Below the pieces are notes generated by a model. The model saw nothing but the letters and a program-made list of their open reading frames with translations. It searched no databases and had not been told where the DNA came from. Positions 9,776 through 17,462 of a stretch of DNA of 64,000 nt are shown here, piece by piece. The DNA comes from Ilumatobacteraceae bacterium (lineage in GTDB: Bacteria > Actinomycetota > Acidimicrobiia > Acidimicrobiales > Ilumatobacteraceae): assembly GCA_023263695.1 (NCBI GenBank), contig JALQUZ010000003.1, forward strand, positions 1,817-65,816, given 5' to 3'. The stretch's first letter is position 1. Each line of letters begins with the position of its first letter. The position numbers and the translations under genes are program-made.

Positions 9776-10272
9776 ACGATGTAAACAGCAATGAGATTCG
9801 TGACCAACTTCCAAGCGACCTTGACGTTTCGGCATTTGTTGGGCCGTATCAGTTTCCCGATAACAGCCGTCGTCGCATACCTGGCTATCTGTATTTAGGA
9901 ATTTCAGCGCTGAGTCTGTTGCTGTGGATTTTGAGTGATCAGTCTTCAGGATTAGTCAATGATGGGTTCCTGGTGTTTGCCATTGCACTAGCCGCCTTTG
10001 CAATTTTCGTTTTGACTTCCTCGTGGAAGATGACCATTAATGAACGAGATGCGTTAGTGCATGCTTCTCGTGCAGTCGATTTTGCGGTAGGGCACGCTTC
10101 GGCGCAGCAGGTGTGGCGAGGTGTTCGCAGTCGTCCTACTTGGCGAGTGTTTTGCTACAGCGCACAGGAGCCACCAACTCATCGTGGTTTGGTGTTAGTC
10201 GATGCGGTTAATGGCGAAATTGTCGAATGCCTTGTTGAAATCAACCCAGATAACGCTGCGACTTCCAAGTAA
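9772..10272 (+). CDS. hypothetical two-pass membrane protein
   Basis: ATGA overlap with the HIT stop. Two hydrophobic helices (YLYLGISALSLLLWIL, FLVFAIALAAFAIFVL) and a soluble C-terminal domain of about 75 aa. No family recognised. Confidence 0.6.
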   Translation: MNDVNSNEIRDQLPSDLDVSAFVGPYQFPDNSRRRIPGYLYLGISALSLLLWILSDQSSGLVNDGFLVFAIALAAFAIFVLTSSWKMTINERDALVHASRAVDFAVGHASAQQVWRGVRSRPTWRVFCYSAQEPPTHRGLVLVDAVNGEIVECLVEINPDNAATSK

Positions 10273-10296
10273 GCGGTATTCACTAGTATCTAGCCA

Positions 10297-10986
10297 ATGT
10301 TTGACGGCCGATTCAAAACTCAAATCGAGCGTTATGTTCGACCAGTAGGGGAATCGCTTCGTCGCACTGGACTATCGCCAGACCATTTCACGTTGCTTGG
10401 ATTGTGCGTTGCAGCTGCATCTGCTTTTGCAATCGGTGCTGGAAAAATGCAACTGGGCCTATTGCTCGTCATTTGTTCAGCGCTTCCCGACTTGCTCGAT
10501 GGGGCGCTTGCGAAAGCATCGAATTCGGCTAGTCAGCGTGGAGCGTTCTTCGATTCCGTCGTTGACCGCGTAAGCGACTCATTCCTGTTCGGAGGAGTTG
10601 CCTGGTTTTATGCCAGTTCAAATTCTCCGCAGTTCTCTATTGTTCCTTTCGCCATTCTTGGCACATCGCTCATCATTTCTTATGAGCGTGCAAAAGCTGA
10701 GTCACTTGGGCTGTACGCCAAGGGTGGGCTCATGGAACGCGCAGAGAGAATCATTTTGTTGTGCTTCGGATTACTTTTTGACTCGCTGTTGAAGTGGGTC
10801 ATGGTGGTCATGTTGGTTCTTGTTGTGATAACAGCTGTGCAACGATTCGCCAAAGTGTGGAAGCAAGCCGCCGTTGCCCCTATAACGGCAGAGAAGCAAG
10901 CAATTCGTCGTTCGCGTCGTGCGTCGCGCAGAGCTCGCCGCGATGATTACCGCGCACGTTTTCAGCGTCGACGTCGCCTTCAGTAA
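10297..10986 (+). CDS. pgsA: CDP-alcohol phosphatidyltransferase (phosphatidylinositol-phosphate synthase type)
   Basis: DG-x2-AK-x8-G-x3-D-x3-D motif (DGALAKASNSASQRGAFFDSVVDRVSD). Arg-rich C-terminal tail. Confidence 0.85.
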   Translation: MFDGRFKTQIERYVRPVGESLRRTGLSPDHFTLLGLCVAAASAFAIGAGKMQLGLLLVICSALPDLLDGALAKASNSASQRGAFFDSVVDRVSDSFLFGGVAWFYASSNSPQFSIVPFAILGTSLIISYERAKAESLGLYAKGGLMERAERIILLCFGLLFDSLLKWVMVVMLVLVVITAVQRFAKVWKQAAVAPITAEKQAIRRSRRASRRARRDDYRARFQRRRRLQ

Positions 10987-10995
10987 TTCTGAGCT

Positions 10996-11919
10996 ATGGC
11001 CGATCCTCGCGACACCGGCATTGACGCGTTAACCCTTGCGGGGTATCGGGCCGCTTCGTTATTCGCAAAACTTACTCCCGCTCCGCTTGCATTAGGAACG
11101 TCGCTTGCACTTGGTGCGCCGCTTGCTTTGGGTCTTCGTGATAAGCGGGAAATGATTGAACGACATTTGCAGCGAGTGAACCCTTCGCTTCGTGGTTTCG
11201 CATTACGCCAGGCTGTGCAAGAAGCGTTTCAGAGCTACACGCGTTACTACTTAGAGACATTTCGGTTAGGAACGCTGTCCAAGAAACAGATTCAGGCAGG
11301 GTTCACCGTAGACGGATTTGAACACATTGAAAAAGGAATTGCTGACGGCAATGGAGTGGTACTTGGTCTGCCACACCTGGGCGGATGGGAATGGGCTGGC
11401 CGCTGGCTTGTGGATCAGGGTTATGGACTGACTGCAGTGGTTGAACGCTTAGACAATGACGAACTCTTTGAATGGTTTCGCGATATGCGCAGCAGGGTTG
11501 GGGTGAATGTCATTCCGCTCGACGACAACGCTGGTCTGCGAGTGAGCGCGGCATTAAAAGACAATCAAGTGGTCTCGTTGTTATGCGACCGAGATATTCC
11601 GCGAGATGGAGTGAGGTCGGGAGTTGAAGTCGAGTTCTTTGGAGAGCGAACCACGGTTCCTGCAGGCCCAGCGTTTTTTGCTTTGCGAACAGGCGCGGCA
11701 CTGTTGCCGCTGGCAACGTATTTCACCCGCAAGTCCGATGGGCATCATGCAGTGGTGCGCCCGCCAATTCCTGTCGAACGACAGGGGAGTTTGCGCGAAG
11801 ATGTTGCGCGCATTACGCAACTTCTCATGATTGAAGTAGAGGGTCTCATTCGTCGTGCACCAGAGCAGTGGCACTTGTTCCAGCCAAACTGGCCAAGCGA
11901 CCCAGGTTTTAACGCTTAA
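10996..11919 (+). CDS. HtrB/LpxL-family lipid acyltransferase, PIM acyltransferase (PatA)-like
   Basis: 307 aa. Positioned after pgsA1 as in the mycobacterial PIM cluster. GLPHLGGWEW acyltransferase motif region. Confidence 0.75.
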   Translation: MADPRDTGIDALTLAGYRAASLFAKLTPAPLALGTSLALGAPLALGLRDKREMIERHLQRVNPSLRGFALRQAVQEAFQSYTRYYLETFRLGTLSKKQIQAGFTVDGFEHIEKGIADGNGVVLGLPHLGGWEWAGRWLVDQGYGLTAVVERLDNDELFEWFRDMRSRVGVNVIPLDDNAGLRVSAALKDNQVVSLLCDRDIPRDGVRSGVEVEFFGERTTVPAGPAFFALRTGAALLPLATYFTRKSDGHHAVVRPPIPVERQGSLREDVARITQLLMIEVEGLIRRAPEQWHLFQPNWPSDPGFNA

Positions 11920-12281
11920 GCCAGCAGCGTGCGCAGTTCGTTTAAGCGGTCGTGATTCACGCGATACCAGACCCACGTTCCACGCTTCTCGCTCAGTAGT
12001 AAGCCTGCTTCGCGAAGAACTTTGAGGTGATGGCTCACGGTTGGTTGTGATCGACCGGTTGGCTTCACCAAATTGCATGCACACGTCTCTGTGTTCGGAG
12101 AAGCAGCGATCAGGCTAAACAACTTGAGGCGAATGGGGTCGGCAAGTGCAGCAAAACCCTGCGCAAGACCTGCTGCCTGGGTCGTCGTAAGAGCAGTGTC
12201 GGAAACGGGTCCACAGCAATCTTGAGGAGCGGCGATAAATCGCTTCGGCTTAGGGGTCTTTGTTATATTGATACTTATCAA
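11916..12281 (-). CDS. arsR: ArsR/SmtB-family metalloregulator
   Basis: wHTH SQPTVSHHLKVLREAGLL, alpha3 CAC site (ETCACNL) and an N-terminal CC pair (QDCCGP). The only canonical start is TTG at 12281. Confidence 0.85.
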   Translation of the reverse strand: MISINITKTPKPKRFIAAPQDCCGPVSDTALTTTQAAGLAQGFAALADPIRLKLFSLIAASPNTETCACNLVKPTGRSQPTVSHHLKVLREAGLLLSEKRGTWVWYRVNHDRLNELRTLLA

Positions 12282-12290
12282 TATAACAAA
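12259..12290. promoter_or_regulatory. perfect 15-2-15 inverted repeat, probable ArsR operator
   Basis: TTTGTTATATTGATA-CT-TATCAATATAACAAA; the arms are exact reverse complements. It lies between divergent arsR and arsI/cadI. Confidence 0.7.
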
Positions 12291-12302
12291 TGAAAGAGGC
12301 CA

Positions 12303-12734
12303 ATGATGTCCCGAGTACAGCTGGCGCTGAATGTAAGCAATCTGGAAGAGGCAATTGAGTTCTACTCAAAGATGTTTAACGCCAAGCCTGCAAAGGTCCG
12401 CGAAGGCTATGCAAATTTTGCTATCGCGGAACCACCATTGAAGTTGGTGCTTATCGAACGAGCTATTGGTGACACGAGTGAGTTCCATCATTTGAATCAC
12501 CTTGGGGTCGAACTCGAAGATTCATCACAAGTCGACCAATCGATTGAGCGTTTCGAAAATCTTGGACTTGTAGAGAAAATCGAAAAAGACACCGTGTGTT
12601 GCTACGCGAAGCAGGACAAAGTGTGGGTGCAATCTCCAGATAATGCGCCGTGGGAGTTTTACACCGTGCTGGCAGACTCACCATCGTTTTTTGTCAAAAT
12701 AGATGGAGTAGAAGGATCGGCTTGCTGCTCATGA
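12303..12734 (+). CDS. ArsI/CadI-family glyoxalase-fold protein (possible C-As lyase)
   Basis: VOC fold, vicinal Cys pair (TVCCYAKQDKVWV), candidate Gln6/His66/Glu118 metal ligands. SD AAGAGG at 12294-12299. Confidence 0.8.
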   Translation: MMSRVQLALNVSNLEEAIEFYSKMFNAKPAKVREGYANFAIAEPPLKLVLIERAIGDTSEFHHLNHLGVELEDSSQVDQSIERFENLGLVEKIEKDTVCCYAKQDKVWVQSPDNAPWEFYTVLADSPSFFVKIDGVEGSACCS

Positions 12735-13387
12735 TGCGGCGTTTAAGTGCGGAAGCTCTTGGAACAGGTTTATTAATCGTTGCCGTAATTGGATCGGGCA
12801 TCATGGCCGAACGTTTGACGCAAGATGTAGCGCTGCAGTTGCTGTGCAATGCGGTGGCTACGGGTGGCGCGCTTGTTGCGCTCATTTTGATATTCGCTCC
12901 AGTGTCCGGCGCGTCGTTTAACCCAATCGTTGGAATTGTTGGCACGTTGCTTGGCGAGGGAAGTTGGAAAGACACCGGCTTATATGCAATTGCGCAGACT
13001 CTTGGAGGTTGCATCGGAGCAGTTGTTGCCAATGTGATGTTCGATCTTGATGCAATCAATGTGTCGGAGAAAGTTCGAACAGGGTCAAATATTTGGATTT
13101 CCGAAGCTGTCGCATCGGTTGGGTTGCTCGTCGTGATTTACGGAACCATTCGCGCCAAGCGTGCCAACTTGGTTCCCTTTACCGTTGCTGCATGGATCAC
13201 CGGCGCGTACTTCTTCACATCGTCTACTTCGCTTGCTAACCCAGCGGTAACCGTGGCTCGCACACTCAGTAACACGTTCGCGGGTATCGCACCCGAATCG
13301 GTGCCGATGTTCATAGTGATGCAACTCGTCGGTGCGGTTATTGGGTTCGGCATCATTCGTTTCGTATTCGAAGAGAGTGCAGCATGA
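12731..13387 (+). CDS. MIP/aquaporin-family channel (putative arsenite channel)
   Basis: Six hydrophobic segments. First signature reads SGASFNPIVG (NPI), second NPAVTVAR (NPA). ATGA overlap with the upstream gene. Confidence 0.85.
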   Translation: MMRRLSAEALGTGLLIVAVIGSGIMAERLTQDVALQLLCNAVATGGALVALILIFAPVSGASFNPIVGIVGTLLGEGSWKDTGLYAIAQTLGGCIGAVVANVMFDLDAINVSEKVRTGSNIWISEAVASVGLLVVIYGTIRAKRANLVPFTVAAWITGAYFFTSSTSLANPAVTVARTLSNTFAGIAPESVPMFIVMQLVGAVIGFGIIRFVFEESAA

Positions 13388-13794
13388 GCGAATCTCGAAT
13401 TCCCGGAGTGTTGTTCTTGTGTACGCATAACGCAGGTCGTAGTCAAATGGGAGCAGGGTTCATGCGCTCGATTGCTGGCGACAAAGTTCGCGTGCTTTCT
13501 GGTGGTTCCGAACCCGCAGCATCTGTCAATCCCTCGGCTGTTGAAGCGATGCATGAAGTCGGCATCGACATTGCCGACTATGTGCCACAGAAGTGGTCGA
13601 TGGAAATGTTGCACGAAGTAGATGTCGTCGTCACTATGGGCTGTGGAGACACCTGCCCGTTCATTCCAGGGAAGCGCTACGTGGACTGGCCGTTAGACGA
13701 CCCTGCGGGTCAAGGTGTTGCAGCAGTACGACCAATTCGCGACCAGATTCAGACACTCGTTGAATCGTTGTTGGAAGAACTCGGCGTTCGTTAA
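13384..13794 (+). CDS. arsC: arsenate reductase, low-molecular-weight phosphatase family
   Basis: P-loop CTHNAGRSQM (Cys13) plus GCGDTCP (Cys87, Cys91). ATGA overlap with the MIP gene. Confidence 0.9.
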   Translation: MSESRIPGVLFLCTHNAGRSQMGAGFMRSIAGDKVRVLSGGSEPAASVNPSAVEAMHEVGIDIADYVPQKWSMEMLHEVDVVVTMGCGDTCPFIPGKRYVDWPLDDPAGQGVAAVRPIRDQIQTLVESLLEELGVR

Positions 13795-14726
13795 CTTTCA
13801 AACGCAGCGAACAACTCTGCAACAGCTTTTGCTTGTCCACCGCTAGTTGATGACATCACGGCAATAGGCAACACGCCTGCTTTCGCCCAGGCGGCGAATT
13901 GATCTCGAACCTGAGATGCATTTCCCGAAATAGTGCAATCACGTAACCACTCGTCGGTCATGGCCTGTTGCAGCTGTTCTGCAAGCGACTCCTTGGGAGT
14001 GTTTGCGATGATCGATTCGATGTTGTCCATTTCTTTGTCGTAGCCAGCGACTCGCCAGTAATTGCGGTAGTTGGGGAGCGATACATAGCCAGTCAATGTC
14101 TTGCGATGAATGGCGTACGCTGCGTCAAGGTCATCGCTTATCACTGTTGGCACCATGTTGGACATGAAGAACTGATCACGTTGAGTTGCTGGAACAGATG
14201 CAACCTGTCGGCTGATGTCGCGTAGTGAAGCGTTTGCCCAAATCGCACCTTGCGATATTTCGGTAGATAGCGCAAGCATCTTGTCGCGCAACGTTGCCAG
14301 AAAAATCTGGGGAAGTTGTCCAGAAAATCGTTCATTAGATCGCATCGCCTGAACGTAATTTGCGATATCGGATAGCGGTTTGCCTGTTGCAACTCCAAGT
14401 CGTTGTACAACTGGACCATGGCTTACTCCAATGCCAAGACCAAATCGACCACCTGAAATTTCGTGAATATGTGACGCAGTGTTTCCAAGTTCAACTGGGT
14501 GGCTGTAATACATCGGTTGAATCGACGTCCAAAATGGAATGGTTGATGTTGCATGCGCAAGGGACACACACAAACCAAGAGTTCCGCCCAAGCTTGGACA
14601 TGCGATGCCCGCAAAACCGCGACGCTCGGCATCTGCCGCGATGTCCAAAATGGCCTGACGCTTAGTTGGCGATGCAACGAGGGAAATCGCAGGAAGTGTG
14701 TATGAAGATGGCGTGAAAGTGATCAT
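13791..14726 (-). CDS. luciferase-like (LLM class) flavin/F420-dependent oxidoreductase
   Basis: 311 aa TIM-barrel LLM pattern (GRFGLGIGVSHGPVV...). The cofactor cannot be assigned from sequence alone. Confidence 0.75.
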   Translation of the reverse strand: MITFTPSSYTLPAISLVASPTKRQAILDIAADAERRGFAGIACPSLGGTLGLCVSLAHATSTIPFWTSIQPMYYSHPVELGNTASHIHEISGGRFGLGIGVSHGPVVQRLGVATGKPLSDIANYVQAMRSNERFSGQLPQIFLATLRDKMLALSTEISQGAIWANASLRDISRQVASVPATQRDQFFMSNMVPTVISDDLDAAYAIHRKTLTGYVSLPNYRNYWRVAGYDKEMDNIESIIANTPKESLAEQLQQAMTDEWLRDCTISGNASQVRDQFAAWAKAGVLPIAVMSSTSGGQAKAVAELFAAFES

Positions 14727-14770
14727 GGCTTGAATGCTCCTTGTATGCGCCTACCGTATATGCCGTGAAC

Positions 14771-15952
14771 ATGTTGCGCATCGCCATGGTGAGTCCATAC
14801 AGCGTTTCGGTTCCCGGTGGCGTGCAGGCACAGGTGCTTGGATTGGCTCGCGAGTTGCGCAGAATCGGCCATGAAGTTCGCGTGTTAGCACCGTGTGATG
14901 GCCCACCGCCCGAGCCGTTTGTAACTCCGTTAGGTAACAGCTTGCCAACCGCGGCCAATGGTTCAGTTGCACCACTTGCACCAGACCCATCTGCAGCAAT
15001 GCGCACCATTCGTGCATTAAACGATGAAGCATTCGATGTGATTCATTTGCACGAACCAATTGTCCCTGGCCCAACAGTGACTGCACTGTTGCTCAAACTT
15101 GCTCCAACCGTCGGTACGTTTCATGCGGCGGGGGACTCCACGTCGTATCGCGTGTTGAATAAAACTGCTCGTTGGGCTGCGGAGCACTTGAACATTCGGG
15201 TTGCGGTAAGCGAATCAGCAAAAGAGCTGGCGAGTAGATACTTAGACGGCGAATACACCGTGTTGTTTAATGGCATTGAAGTTCAGCGGTACATGCGACC
15301 AACAACACCTCGCGAAGCATCTCCAACAATTTTCTTCTGTGGGCGTTACGAGCCGCGCAAAGGTTTAGAGGTGCTGCTGCAGTCGATGGCGCACTTGCCA
15401 GGGAACGTCAAACTGTGGATTGCATCTGATGGTGCAGGAATTGATGATCTGCAAAATACCTACGGTGCCGACGAACGAATTCATTGGCTTGGTCGTATTA
15501 CTGAAGAAGACAAACTCGACAGACTGGCTAGGTGCACTGCTTTCTGTGCGCCGTCGTTGCGAGGGGAGTCGTTTGGCATTGTGTTGCTTGAAGCAATGGC
15601 CGCTGGTGCAGCACTTGTGGCTAGCAATATCAGCGGATACAACAATGTGGCAACACATAAAACGAATGCGTTACTCGTAGAACCCGGAAATCCGGTTGCA
15701 CTCGCCGAAGCATTGCATATTGCGACGACAAATGAAACGATTCGTGACCATTTGATTGCAGGTGGTCATTCGCGAGCACAAGATTTTTCAATGCAGAGGC
15801 TGGCAGAGTCGTATGTCGAGATGTACAACAAACTGTTAAGCGATGAGGCGCAACGATTGCTCGAAATCGCTCCAAACAGGTTTGTTGCGATGTTTGAAGA
15901 CAGGGTGTTGCGTCGACCAAAATTTCTCAATGGACGCCATAACGCTCATTGA
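14771..15952 (+). CDS. pimA: GT4 glycosyltransferase, phosphatidylinositol alpha-mannosyltransferase (PimA)-like
   Basis: MLRIAMVSPYSVSVPGGVQAQVLGLARELRRIGHEV matches the PimA N-terminus. ESFGIVLLEAMAAG is the GT-B motif. The ORF-track start 14741 is a TTG. Confidence 0.85.
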   Translation: MLRIAMVSPYSVSVPGGVQAQVLGLARELRRIGHEVRVLAPCDGPPPEPFVTPLGNSLPTAANGSVAPLAPDPSAAMRTIRALNDEAFDVIHLHEPIVPGPTVTALLLKLAPTVGTFHAAGDSTSYRVLNKTARWAAEHLNIRVAVSESAKELASRYLDGEYTVLFNGIEVQRYMRPTTPREASPTIFFCGRYEPRKGLEVLLQSMAHLPGNVKLWIASDGAGIDDLQNTYGADERIHWLGRITEEDKLDRLARCTAFCAPSLRGESFGIVLLEAMAAGAALVASNISGYNNVATHKTNALLVEPGNPVALAEALHIATTNETIRDHLIAGGHSRAQDFSMQRLAESYVEMYNKLLSDEAQRLLEIAPNRFVAMFEDRVLRRPKFLNGRHNAH

Positions 15953-15996
15953 TGAGTTGATCTCTGCGCCTTAGACGGGTGCCGTAGACTGCATCT

Positions 15997-16554
15997 ATGG
16001 GCACAACTTTGGCAGTAATTCTCGTCTTCGTATTTCTTGGACTCGTCGTTGGCGCTATGTATAACTCGCTCGTTCGTCGACGAAACGAGGTGGATAACGC
16101 TTGGAGCCAAATTGACGTGCAGCTGAAGCGCCGTCTGGATCTCATCCCTAATCTCGTCGAGACGGTGAAGGGGTATGCAGCGCATGAAAAGACAGCGCTT
16201 GAAGCCGTCATTGCAGCACGCAACTCGGGCATGGCCGCATCGGCAAACCCACACGCTCAGGCTTCTGCCGATAATGCGATGACTGGTGCACTGCGCCAAT
16301 TGTTTGCATTGTCGGAGTCGTATCCAGAATTGAAGGCAAACCAAGGGTTTGTTTCGCTTCAAGAAGAACTTGCAAATACCGAAAGTCGCATTGCATATGC
16401 TCGACAGTTTTACGGTGATGCTGTTTCAACGTTTAACACAGCAATTCAAAAGTTCCCCACCGTGTTGCTCGCGGGCATGTTCGGGTTTTCTGCAAGAGAT
16501 TTCTTTGAAGCAGAAGACGCTGCACGTGTTGTTCCGGAAGTGAAGTTCTCCTGA
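15997..16554 (+). CDS. lemA: LemA-family membrane protein
   Basis: N-terminal TM helix then NSLVRRRNEVDNAWSQIDVQLKRRLDLIPNLV, typical of LemA. Confidence 0.9.
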   Translation: MGTTLAVILVFVFLGLVVGAMYNSLVRRRNEVDNAWSQIDVQLKRRLDLIPNLVETVKGYAAHEKTALEAVIAARNSGMAASANPHAQASADNAMTGALRQLFALSESYPELKANQGFVSLQEELANTESRIAYARQFYGDAVSTFNTAIQKFPTVLLAGMFGFSARDFFEAEDAARVVPEVKFS

Positions 16555-17459
16555 TGAATGATCTCATTGCGTCAAATAAGCGTCGAACATTTTTCTTAAT
16601 GTTCGGATTTGTGCTTGTACTTGTGCTGGTGGGTTTGGCAGTCGGCACCCTGGTTGGAAGCGGAGTAACAGGCACCATCATTGCGCTGGTGATTTCTGCG
16701 GTAATGGCAGTCACGTCGTATTGGAAGTCAGACAAAATTGCACTTGCTGTTAGTCGCGCTGTTCCAGCAGATGTCAATGAGTATCGACGCCTACACAATC
16801 TCGTAGAAGGTCTGTGCATCGCGGGCGGACTTCCAAAACCACAGGTGTACATCATTCATGACGATGCTCCGAATGCATTTGCTACGGGCCGTAACCCGAA
16901 GAATGCTGCAATTGCTATCACCACCGGACTGCTGAATCAGATGAATCGCGTAGAACTCGAAGGAGTCGTTGCGCACGAACTGTCACACATTAAGAACTAC
17001 GACATACTTGTTTCCACACTGGCGGTCACTTTGGTTGGATCAATTGCCTTGATCACCGACATGACCTTGCGCATGATGTGGTGGAACGGTGGGCGAGTCA
17101 GCCGCAGTGGCGATCGAAATGATCGCGGAAACCCGCTGGCCATTATTGGGTTCATACTGTTGCTGGTATCACCAATTATTGCGCGTGCGATGCAGGCTGC
17201 GGTGAGCCGTCGCCGTGAAACACTTGCCGATGTTTCGGCTGTGCGTATGACGAGGTATCCGCCAGGTTTGATTTCGGCATTGGAAAAACTTCAGGCAGAT
17301 CACACCGAGACCCATTCGGCCAGCATGGCTACAGCCCATATGTGGATTGAGCAGCCCTTGTCTGGTGTGAAAGACGCAGGAAAGTTAAGTATGTGGCATA
17401 AACTTTTCAATACCCACCCGCCTCTATCCGAGCGAATTGCTTTGCTCAGGGAGATGTAA
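16554..17459 (+). CDS. htpX: M48 zinc metalloprotease HtpX
   Basis: HELSHIKNYD zinc motif, multiple TM segments. TGATG overlap with lemA. Confidence 0.9.
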   Translation: MNDLIASNKRRTFFLMFGFVLVLVLVGLAVGTLVGSGVTGTIIALVISAVMAVTSYWKSDKIALAVSRAVPADVNEYRRLHNLVEGLCIAGGLPKPQVYIIHDDAPNAFATGRNPKNAAIAITTGLLNQMNRVELEGVVAHELSHIKNYDILVSTLAVTLVGSIALITDMTLRMMWWNGGRVSRSGDRNDRGNPLAIIGFILLLVSPIIARAMQAAVSRRRETLADVSAVRMTRYPPGLISALEKLQADHTETHSASMATAHMWIEQPLSGVKDAGKLSMWHKLFNTHPPLSERIALLREM

Positions 17460-17462
17460 ATC

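Noticed and set aside
11916-13794. TTAA at both outer ends of the arsR...arsC block as possible target-site duplications of a mobile element.
   Set aside because: Both TTAA tetramers are simply two overlapping TAA stop codons on opposite strands. There are no terminal inverted repeats and no transposase or integrase gene, and a third junction uses CTAG in the same way.
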